Positions 38,501 to 46,960 of a stretch of DNA of 64,000 nt are shown piece after piece. A program made the translations under genes and the position numbers. The stretch comes from Clytia hemisphaerica (taxonomy: Eukaryota): the NCBI RefSeq assembly GCF_902728285.1, contig NW_027104280.1, positions 483,995 to 547,994 of the forward strand. The letters run 5' to 3'. The notes beneath the pieces are model-generated. The model worked only from the letters and a program-made list of their open reading frames with translations. It searched no databases and was not told the origin of the DNA. The number at the start of each line of letters is the position of its first letter. Position 1 is the stretch's first letter.

Positions 38501-39377
38501 CCAACTATATAGAATACAATATAGTATAGAATAATAAATTTAAAATTTTTTTTTATGTGTATATTTTACAATGACAAATATTTGTAAGATTTAGTTTTTC
38601 TTTCAGACTTTTTTTTTACAGTTTTTGTACGGGATTGTTGTGGTGAATATAAATACCTTTTTTACAGGTTTTGTACGGGAATGTTGTGGTGCATATAAAA
38701 ACTTTTTTTACAGGCTTTGTACGGGATTGTTGTGGTGAATATAAAAACCTTTTTTACAGGTTTTGTACGGGATGGTTGTGGTGAATATAAAGACCTTTTT
38801 TACAGGTTTTTGTACGGGATTGTTGTGGTGAATATAAATACCTTTTTTACAGGTTTTGCACGGGAATGTTGTGGTGCATATAAAAACCTTTTTTACAGGT
38901 TTTTGTACGGGATTGTTGTGGTGAATATAAATACCTTTTTTGCAGGTTTTGTACGGGAATGTTGTGGTGCATATAAAAACCTTTTTTACAGGTTTTGTAC
39001 GGGATTGTTGTGGTGAATAGAAAACCTTTTTACGGTTTTGTTGGTTGTGGTAAAACCTTACAGGTTTTTTCTTTGGTTGGTTGTGGTGAATATAAAGACC
39101 TTTTTTACAGGTTTTGTACGGGATGGTTGTGGTGAATATAAAGACCTTTTTTACAGGTTTTGTACGGGATTGTTGTGATGCATATAAAGACCTTTTTTAC
39201 AGGTTTTGTACGGGATTGTTGTGATGATTATAAAGACCTTTTTTCTTCTCTCCATTTTTCAAGGTTAATGATTTCACGATCGCCAATCCACTCGATCGCG
39301 GTATGTTTGACATTTGCGGATTCGATTCTAACGTACCTGACCTGATCTGCGAGATCGCCAGAGGAAATATGTCTTAA
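31484..39377 (+). CDS. RO60: Ro60/TROVE2-like paralog B, 7 exons; the last intron (~4 kb) is filled by 45-bp satellite arrays and a MITE
   Basis: join(31484..32539,32954..33217,33386..33550,34018..34188,34352..34609,35057..35248,39264..39377). The ATG is preceded by an in-frame TGA. Motifs: [97 protein letters not shown]. The terminal exon VNDFTIANPLDRGMFDICGFD aligns residue for residue with A's contiguous [22 protein letters not shown]. Confidence 0.8.
32954..33217 (+). CDS. RO60: Ro60-like B exon 2
   Basis: Acceptor tttccag|aat; donor gag|gtaata. Confidence 0.75.
33386..33550 (+). CDS. RO60: Ro60-like B exon 3
   Basis: Acceptor ttttag|gtt; donor aag|gtttgc. 165 nt, as in A and C. Confidence 0.8.
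33831..34009. repeat. 26-bp minisatellite, about 7 units, directly upstream of the exon 4 acceptor of paralog B; each unit carries GTAAGT
   Basis: Unit cctgtaagtaatgcaccgtgattgaa, with variants. Confidence 0.85.
34018..34188 (+). CDS. RO60: Ro60-like B exon 4 (contains a Q-rich tract)
   Basis: Acceptor tgttacag|att; donor agg|gtaagc. Confidence 0.75.
34352..34609 (+). CDS. RO60: Ro60-like B exon 5 (MIDAS, DVSDSM)
   Basis: Acceptor ccatag|caa; donor tct|gtaagt. Confidence 0.8.
34831..34935. mobile_element. Hairpin MITE (ttatcggcc...ggccgataa) inserted in intron 5 of paralog B; the site is empty in paralog C
   Basis: B has aaatatatac[attatcggcc...ggccgataagg]tataaaaaatcgact. C has aaatatatttaaaaatcgact at 44527. 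Confidence 0.65.
35057..35248 (+). CDS. RO60: Ro60-like B exon 6
   Basis: Acceptor tttcag|ctc; donor aag|gtttgt. Confidence 0.75.
35985..37290. repeat. 45-bp satellite array, about 29 units, with ~510-bp higher-order periodicity, in the last intron of paralog B
   Basis: Unit ttttttacaggttttgtacgggattgttgtggtgcatataaagac. One frame is stop-free, which produces periodic pseudo-ORFs reading YKDFFTGFVRDCCGA. Confidence 0.9.
37302..38410. mobile_element. GGACCTACC-family element, two nested or tandem copies, in the last intron of paralog B
   Basis: ggacctaccccagtggaggtcc at 37302. The internal module is repeated at 37860. Ends aggtaggtcc at 38402-38410. Confidence 0.7.
38595..39245. repeat. Second array of the same 45/46-bp satellite, abutting the terminal-exon acceptor of paralog B
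   Basis: Variant unit ccttttttacaggttttgtacgggaatgttgtggtgcatataaaaa. It ends about 20 nt before the acceptor at 39263. Confidence 0.9.
39264..39377 (+). CDS. RO60: Ro60-like B terminal exon
   Basis: Acceptor tttttcaag|gtt; stop taa at 39375-39377. Direct homolog of C's terminal exon. Confidence 0.7.
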   Translation, partial: VNDFTIANPLDRGMFDICGFDSNVPDLICEIARGNMS

Positions 39378-39396
39378 AATCACCAAACAAAGAGAA

Positions 39397-39612
39397 ATGA
39401 AATCCAAACTTTTCTGGTTAGCCTTTGTTTACATGGCTCTAGCTGCTTGTGATTTGGTAATGGTGGTCTTAACATTCATATCGGGAAGAACGGAATTGAT
39501 ACATTATCAACCAGCAAAAAGAGAACGACCATCATTGACTTATTGCAGGGTCCTTGGATTACTGGACAGGTGGGTCAAGCAGGTGATACGAGTTCTGCTG
39601 TTCACTAATTGA
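39397..39612 (+). CDS. Possible downstream small ORF (71 aa, one predicted TM helix) starting 20 nt after the paralog B stop
   Basis: ATG in the context gagaaATGa. LFWLAFVYMALAACDLVMVVLTFI is hydrophobic. Conserved at 45520 after paralog C, but the C-terminal part is frameshifted between copies. Confidence 0.2.
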   Translation: MKSKLFWLAFVYMALAACDLVMVVLTFISGRTELIHYQPAKRERPSLTYCRVLGLLDRWVKQVIRVLLFTN

Positions 39613-40060
39613 GAAGATCTGTAGATTAGCACCCGTGTTTTTCAGTAGCCTGTTTTTTTTTTTTGGGGGGGGGGGTTAGAAATTGTAATTACGAAACCCC
39701 AAAAATAAGGTAAATATAGGCTAAAATCAGGCTATTTAAAGCAGAATAAGGGACCCTCTCTTAGAAAGTTGAAAAAAAATAATTAAAAATTAATAAACGG
39801 GGGGGGTCCTAATAAGGTCCGGTGGGGGGGGGGCTGGAAAATTTTCGAAAAATTAACAAGCGGGGCCCGTTTGTTTGGAACCTAAGAGTACTTGGAGTTG
39901 TGCGGGATTCGATTGAGAAGCATAAGAATCTATAAAGAGAGAGTCATAAGGCATAGGGAACAATGATATTGATATTGATGTATTTTATTGTATAGAAGCA
40001 GTTTACATAGAATGCTACACGTTCAGGAGCTGGAAATCAGTGTTTCATTCCTTCCGAAAT

Positions 40061-40068
40061 TGACGTCA
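40061..40068. promoter_or_regulatory. Palindromic CRE/ATF-type site TGACGTCA upstream of paralog C
   Basis: Exact TGACGTCA in a block conserved with the B upstream region. Confidence 0.25.
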
Positions 40069-40434
40069 CTTCAATAAACTATGAAATTTCATATACTGTA
40101 CATGCAAGGAATCATTTCAAATTTTATATTTTATTTCATTTTATTTACAAACTATAATAACATAATTTTACCATTTAATTTCTTAATTGCATTGAGTTTG
40201 AAGCTCTTCTTTCTTTCGAAATTTGATCATTAAATTATACACAACTTTATTTATTACTTTTATTATGATTTTATTTCTTTCAAAAATCAATTCTTTTGTA
40301 AATAGGCATCTACATTCTGGTGAGTGTTGTTTGTGAACTATTTTTATAATCTTTGGAATAATATATCAAAACACTTTGTTTTTCCTCTGTTGTCCAAGCT
40401 CCTTATTTCATTGCTTTTTTAGATATGCTTTGTT

Positions 40435-40765
40435 CCCGGGGGGGGGGGGCAGTGGGTTTTCCAACTGACGGTATGTGCAGCGAAAAAATTGGCTTTTAGA
40501 ATTGCTCCCTTACAGTGCAGAAAAAAATTGGTGAAATTCATACCCTTACAGTGCATTTTTTCAAATTTTAAACTCTTTTAGGGTGGAAAAATCAAGATTT
40601 TTGGGCAAAAATTTGCCATTTTTCCTAGATTTGCTGAAATTTCCACCCTTATGGTGCATTTATCAAAAGACCACCCTTTTGCATTTCTGCTATTTTGAAA
40701 AACATACCCTTAATCGCCGCACATACCCGTTGGTCAATTAGCCTGACTGCCCCCCCCCCTGGGGC
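40435..40765. mobile_element. ~330-bp insertion with G-run TIRs (cccgggggggggggcagt / actgcccccccccccctgggg) in the upstream region of paralog C; absent upstream of B
   Basis: The B upstream sequence agatgtgctttgttagtttctttaaaag is interrupted in C by this block. It contains internal degenerate repeats cccttacagtgcatttttt. Confidence 0.55.
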
Positions 40766-40913
40766 TTTTTTAGTATCTTTAAAAGAGTATCTTTCTTAAA
40801 GTATTCAGTATTTACCTAATATCTATCATTTCCTTTATTTCCACAGAAAAAAATTAATAAATATACAAAAACACATTGACGGCCACCCTTAGAGGTGAAG
40901 AACCACAGCTACT

Positions 40914-41981
40914 ATGGACCCATTCAAACAACTTGCCCTTTTGCAGGCTAAAATGGCCGGCATGAGTAGGGCCCAGATTGAGGAAGCCATCCGAAACATG
41001 ACCCTGGGAATAAACCCAACAGAACAAGAGCCAGACCTTACTACACCACAAAATCAACCTTTGCAAGGACAGTCACAAAACGCTGCAGGTGGTTTTTCCT
41101 ATACTGTTGATAATATAACCAGACTGAAAAGATATCTGATATTAGGTTCAGATAAAGCAAAATACAAGGGTGGCTCTCAAGCAGAAAATATTCAAAATAT
41201 TCCAGTTGTTGAAGAACTTTTAAAGGAGGGTAAAGGAAAGGAAGTGATTGATTTGATCGTTCAGTTTGCTCGTGAAGCACGTATCTCAAAAGAGGAGAAC
41301 ATTTTGATGGTATTACGTGATTGTATGATGTATCAGGGAGATGCCATGTATGAAGATAGGACCATACAACGAGCTGCTTATGACAGTATTGTCAAAATCT
41401 GTAATATCCCAACCAAACTTTTCCGATTGATGGAGCTTTGTGAACCATGTTATCAAAATAATTGGAAGCCTTCAACCAAGCCAGTCAGTAAGACGCAACT
41501 ACGGAAGAAAGCAAAGCAAGAGGCAATACAAGCAGCTCAACAGCAGAACCCAGGGCCTTCCACCTCCACTGAAATCCCGGCCGCTCAACCAACGTCAGCA
41601 AAAGTGCCAGTTGAAACATGTGAAATTGTTGAAGAGGGTGAACCTCCAAAGAAAAAGAAAAAGAAGACGAAGAAGAAGAAAAAACCAAAGGAACCCAAAC
41701 CTCAAACAACGCAAAAGTTCAAAAAATCTTCAAGTTGGGGACGTGCTAGACGGCGTGGTGTCGGAAATTTTTACACCGATACTAGTAAAGATGCCAATCG
41801 ATTGTTATTGTTGATGACAAAGTACAAACAACGTCATAATTGGAACCATGTTCAAACTTTGGGTTATTGTCATCCAAAAATGACGGGAGACGAGGAACAA
41901 GCTAAAAACATCGTCCTCCAGTATTGCACACGTGGCAAAGAAAAGTTGGACAAATATCTGGTCAAGAAAAAAATCGATGGG
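40914..41981 (+). CDS. RO60: Ro60-like C exon 1
   Basis: ATG at 40914; donor ggg|gtaacc. Confidence 0.8.
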
Positions 41982-44900
41982 GTAACCATATCTCATTCCT
42001 TTCTATTTTATTTTTTTTTAATTTGTAAGAAGAGATATGATACTTTCGTCACTGTCTTTGTAGTGAGAATTTATCTCGAATCTGTTCAAATGACACCACT
42101 TACTTTATTAATCTCCTACCATTTGCTTACATGGCATTTTTAATCTCGCGTCGTGCGAGCACAAATTTTGATAATTTCTTTTGTTTGTTATACTTTGTCG
42201 GCATAGAAGCTTCTTATTAAAAAAGAAGATCCTTATTATTTCCACACACTCCCTGGAGCTGGTAATCGAAAAAGGTTGAATCCAAGTTTAGTAAATATCA
42301 TGAAATTTTTCACATTGATAACAAGGTTTTCTTAATTTTTGGACTTTCTTTCCAGAATCAACCAATGGATCCAATCACATCTCAAATATTACAACACATA
42401 AAAGTTCTTGAGGAAGTCAAGAACCTGAAACCGGATGTCCCGGCCGATGTGGAGAGATTGTTGCAATTGTTGCATCAATACGGTATTCGGGAGGTGCCAC
42501 AAGAATTTGATGTGGACGCTGCAGGTCAGATGGTACAAGTGGAAAACACTCAACGTAAAAAATGTTCTTTTCAACTGACCAGGGAGCATTTACCGAATGG
42601 CTTCCAAAAATTGAAGGAGGTAATAGTTGATCAATTAAACGAAACTTAAAACCGCTAATATACGGTTTTTTCAATCCCGATCAGCCCGATCAGATTTTCT
42701 ATTGATCGAAAGTTAGTCCTTGAAAGCTTGACTAAAAGCTCTTTTAATCGTAATTAAATACTTAAATGGTTCCAATTTCACTCTACTCATGAATACCAAT
42801 TTTTCTCCCTTAAAATTTTTAGGTTTGGGTGGCTCTACTTCAAGACATGCCCATGACAGCCTTGATCAGGAATCTCGGCAAAATGACTAGCCTTGGGCTC
42901 TTTGATGATCCAGCAAACAGAGAAATCGTCAAGAAGGTTTTAGGGGATGGCTCTATTTTGAACAAAGCAAGAATTCACCCAGTCAAGGTTTGCTATTTAT
43001 TTAGAGTGGCGGCCAAGGCGCATAAACCAGGGGCTCCCTGCTTCTGTCGATGTTCCGATATTGAATAGGCTTTTTTCGAGCCCTTTTAGTTTTGGCGCAC
43101 GTTTTGTTCTATACGACAATAAAAGCCGCGTGTAAATTTATGGGAATAAGGTATATCTATTTGCTTACTGGTGATATTTAACGTTGAATTTCCACGGTCT
43201 TAAGGCCGGTCTCCACTTGCGCGTGCTGCGATCGCATTTTTTGGCTTCAGTGCTTTTTGCTTGGATAAAAGATTACGTCATAAAAATGTAGCGCACGCTC
43301 GAAAAAAAAGTTGAACACATTTCAACTTTTTTCAACCGTTAACGTCAGATCGCGCCAATGGAGTTGCTTCATTTTTCTTTTGACCAATAGCGTGGAGGCT
43401 TCGCCCGAAAAAGTGCGATCGAAGCGCGCGCAAGTGGAGACCGGCCTTTACACTGCACCTTACATGAATGATCAAATACCAACTATATATCCATGAGGGG
43501 AAAAGTAGAAAACTGTTTCTTACTTGATGAATTTGTAAGTGATGCACCGTGATTGAGCCTGTAAGTAATGCACTCTGATTGAACCTGTAAGTAATGCACC
43601 CAGATTGAACCTTGTTTCAGATTCTGTTAGCATCAAAGATGTATGAGCAAGGCCATGGTGATCAAGGCCAAAGCCATCAACCACAACAAGAATATCCAAC
43701 AATGAGTCTTTCTCAACAACTACGACAACAACGACAACGACAACAACAGCCACAACAACCACAACAACGAGTACCAACCAAAGAACCACTTACTTGGATA
43801 CCAAACGCTGAAATCTCCAAAGCTCTCAATGATGCTTTCTACTTAAGTTTCAGGGTAAGCTCTACTTTAGAGATGCAAGCATGGTTAACATAGTCAATCA
43901 TTCTGGTATAGCGAATTCCTATGGCTCATTTTGAACTTTTATATACTTGCTAAAATTGATTAGTCTTCTAGAGAATCTCTTTTAATATTTCCATAGCAAC
44001 CCGGCAAGAATTCTTCCTTCCGTACGGACAAAAAGTTCATGTTAAATCTGGATGTTAGTGGCTCTATGGATTGGCGTAACTGTGTAGGGTGTGATTTCCT
44101 GACGCCCGCTGCCGCCTCTTTCGCCCTGGCCATGATTACGATGAAAGTTGAGCCACATTGTAGCGTGTTCGCTTTCGGGCGCACGCTTCAAAATATCGAT
44201 CATTTATTGAAGAGGGATATGACCATCCGTGAAGCCATTCAATTGGGACGCTCTGTAAGTCGACTTCACTATCAAGAAATCTCGTTTTGAATTATTCTCA
44301 TTTCTTTATTTCTTCGAACTTGTGTCTTACCTAAATCAGAATATACATCATTCTCAAAAAGTCAAAAATGTCTACGGTTGACTCTCGCTAATTCCGAATT
44401 ATATTTGAATCTTTCTAGAGTTTAAACTAATTCCCAGTCTCCATCAAAGTAGAAGCCTCTTTATTTCGAATATTTCTGTAATTCGAGCAAATCAGACTTC
44501 CCTTTCGACTTTGAATGAGCGAGACTAAAATATATTTAAAAATCGACTTCAATGTCAATAGTTTAATTCCAAAATTTTCTGTGCTTCTTTTATCAGTTAT
44601 GTCATCATGCCTCATTAAACTTAACTTAGGACATCCGTATATCTTTCAGATCAACTTTGGTGCAACAGACTGTGCTCTACCAATGGTACACGCCACGCAG
44701 AACAGGCTGGATGTGGACGTTTTCATTGTTTACACTGACTCCGAAACTTGGGTTGGAAAAGTTCATCCTTCCGAAGCTTTGAAGAATTATCGTCTAAAGA
44801 TGAACAAACCGGATGCCAAACTCATTGTCATGGCAATGCAGGTTTGTCTGTTCTCCATTTCACGGCCTGTAATGCTGGAATATATGCAGTCTGTTCCTCT

Positions 44901-45500
44901 AAAGAATCCTGCATTGTAACACGGATGCTTAATTTGTCGTTCTTTAAAAACCATATATAGTTAATTCCCGTGATAAACAAAGAAGAATGAATCTGTAGGG
45001 TTGGTACAAGTCACTTTCGGTCGGAGCTGTGGACGGCGAAATATGTCGTTTTTTATGAAATTTGTCGTTCTTTTTGTCTATTTTTAGTAATGCAGGATTC
45101 TTTAGATAAACCCCCTCGTCATGATATTATGATATCTCGTTATAAAAAGTGTTGGCATCAATTCATTTCATTCGATTTCAATCCTGTAAAACCTTTAAAA
45201 CACACGGTGAATAGGTCATCAACTTCTAGTTATTAGAATTCTGTAGATAAATCATTCTTTTTCATTGTATTTGAACTTTTCGCACACTTGGGATTGTTGT
45301 GGTGCATATAAAGACCTCTTTACAGGTTTTGTACGGGATTGTTGTGATGAATATAAAGACCTTTTTTCTTCTCTCCATTTTTCAAGGTTAATGATTTCAC
45401 GATCGCCGATCCACTCGATCGCGGTATGTTTGACGTTTGTGGATTCGATTCTAACGTACCTGACATGATCTGCGAGATCGCCAGAGGAAATATGTCTTGA
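40914..45500 (+). CDS. RO60: Ro60/TROVE2-like paralog C (recent duplicate of B), 7 exons
   Basis: join(40914..41981,42356..42619,42823..42987,43621..43854,43997..44254,44650..44841,45387..45500). Exons are about 93-97% identical to B. MIDAS DVSGSM. Exon 4 carries an expanded (CAA/CGA)n polyQ tract. Confidence 0.8.
42356..42619 (+). CDS. RO60: Ro60-like C exon 2
   Basis: Acceptor tttccag|aat; donor gag|gtaata. Confidence 0.75.
42823..42987 (+). CDS. RO60: Ro60-like C exon 3
   Basis: Acceptor ttttag|gtt; donor aag|gtttgc. Confidence 0.8.
43203..43447. mobile_element. MITE with 21-bp TIR aggccggtctccacttgcgcg and TTA target-site duplication, in intron 3 of paralog C; absent from paralog B
   Basis: tcTTA|aggccggtctccacttgcgcg...cgcgcaagtggagaccggcct|TTAcac. 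B has the unoccupied site. Confidence 0.75.
43535..43612. repeat. Same 26-bp minisatellite, 3 units, upstream of the exon 4 acceptor of paralog C
   Basis: tgtaagtgatgcaccgtgattgagcctgtaagtaatgcactctgattgaacctgtaagtaatgcacccagattgaacc. Confidence 0.8.
43621..43854 (+). CDS. RO60: Ro60-like C exon 4 (polyQ expanded)
   Basis: Acceptor ttgtttcag|att; donor agg|gtaagc. 234 nt versus 171 nt in B. Confidence 0.75.
43997..44254 (+). CDS. RO60: Ro60-like C exon 5 (MIDAS)
   Basis: Acceptor ccatag|caa; donor tct|gtaagt. Confidence 0.8.
44650..44841 (+). CDS. RO60: Ro60-like C exon 6
   Basis: Acceptor tttcag|atc; donor cag|gtttgt. Confidence 0.75.
45291..45372. repeat. Two-unit remnant of the 45-bp satellite just upstream of the paralog C terminal-exon acceptor
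   Basis: ggattgttgtggtgcatataaagacctctttacaggttttgtacgggattgttgtgatgaatataaagacc. Confidence 0.8.
45387..45500 (+). CDS. RO60: Ro60-like C terminal exon
   Basis: Acceptor tttttcaag|gtt; stop tga at 45498-45500. Confidence 0.7.
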   Translation, partial: VNDFTIADPLDRGMFDVCGFDSNVPDMICEIARGNMS

Positions 45501-45519
45501 AATCACCAAACAAAGAGAA

Positions 45520-45729
45520 ATGAAATCTAAACTTTTCTGGTTAGCCTTTGTTTACATGGCTCTAGCTGCTTGTGATTTGGTGCCGGTGGTCTTAATATTC
45601 ATATCGCGAAAAACGGAATTGATACATTATCAACCAGCAAAGAGAATGACCAACTTTGACTTATTGTATGTTCCTTGGATTACTGGACAGGTGGGTCAAG
45701 CAGGTGATACAAGTTCTGTTGTTCACTGA
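45520..45729 (+). CDS. Possible downstream small ORF (69 aa), paralog of 39397-39612
   Basis: Same ATG context and N-terminal 42 aa. The C-terminus differs by a frameshift. Confidence 0.2.
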   Translation: MKSKLFWLAFVYMALAACDLVPVVLIFISRKTELIHYQPAKRMTNFDLLYVPWITGQVGQAGDTSSVVH

Positions 45730-46728
45730 CTGAAAAGATTCGCAGATTAGGACCCGTGTTTTTCAGTAACCTGTTTTGGCACTAAATGCAAAGGTAGAAA
45801 CTTTTAAACACGTGCTAATCTATAATTTTACATAAATAGTAAGTAATAGTTTTGTTGAGCGACTGGAGTCACCTTTTCGTGAATCTTTGGTTTGTCAGGG
45901 GGTTAAACCAACGTAGCCGAATGCCCTTCTATCAGCGGTACAAACCGTAAACTGTATCAGCTGCTTGACCCTCCCTATTGACACTATGCTATCCTTTGGT
46001 AAATCCAAAGGCAAAGGCATGAGAAATATGAACATTAATTGACGAAAGATTCAAATGATGTATGGAAGCTAATACCAATGTTATTCGTAAATATTATTTG
46101 GATCAAGGGATAATTTAATAATAACAATGCTTGTTTTTGTATCATGTATTCAGTGTTTTATGCTTTTAATCATCTTTTTATACGGTACATTTTAATTTGT
46201 ATACATAACTTCAACTATAGGCCTCTCGGATGGCTTCCTGGCACAAAGTAAGTTTGTTTTTGGTAAGTTTAGAAAGTTAACAAAGATTTTGCTTGAAAGG
46301 CTCAATCCAGGGTTTGCTTGTTAGTTTGTAGTTTTTCAATAGATTTTATTATATTATTTCATTTACGCCTTATATTTTATTACTGTATTGTCTAAACAAT
46401 ACTGCATGTTGTCATTCTGCGGGTGTATTTTTTTGCCTTGCTTATTCAAACAGTTTCAACCCTCTGTGTGTAAACAAGTCGGTCTGTATCTCAAGTAGGT
46501 GACTGCTTCTAACAATGGAGCACAATGACCATCTTTCAAGCATCCCTTCGTAGTGATTCTACGTGCATATAAGTCATTCGCTATTTCTCTGTCTTCATTT
46601 AATAGCCTTTCTAAGTTGAAACTTGGGAATAAATCTATAGCATTTGTTTATTTTTAGCAAAGACATACAATTAAATAACAAAAAAAAATTAAAACTACAT
46701 AAAACAACACATATAGTTGAAGATTGTG

Positions 46729-46960
46729 ATGAGCGATGGACAACAATCGTCCTCGTCAGCGCAACAAGAAGAAGACGTTCCGTCTTCAGAGAACATCGTT
46801 GGTGTGGAACTTTTCAGCAGTGATGAAGTGAACCATTTAAGATTCGAAAATCCCTCCCAAGAAGAAGACGTGCGGAGAAGGCGGAATGATAACCGCTTCG
46901 CGTATAACATGAGAGTGCGCACGGAGCACGTTGCTGGCACTCCTCAACTTCCTATCACAG
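46729..46960 (+). CDS. Paralog D exon 1 (acidic, S-rich N-terminus)
   Basis: ATG at 46729; donor cacag|gtgagt. Phase 1 end joins exon 2 in frame. Confidence 0.4.

Noticed and set aside
43520-43789. Minus-strand ORF with a poly-Val run (VVVVVAVVVVVVVVVV).
   Set aside because: It is the antisense reading of the (CAA/CGA)n polyQ-coding expansion in exon 4 of paralog C.
39397-45729. Treating the post-stop sORFs as confident protein-coding genes.
   Set aside because: The C-terminal third is frameshifted between the two copies, so conservation is at the nucleotide level. They are kept only as low-confidence features.
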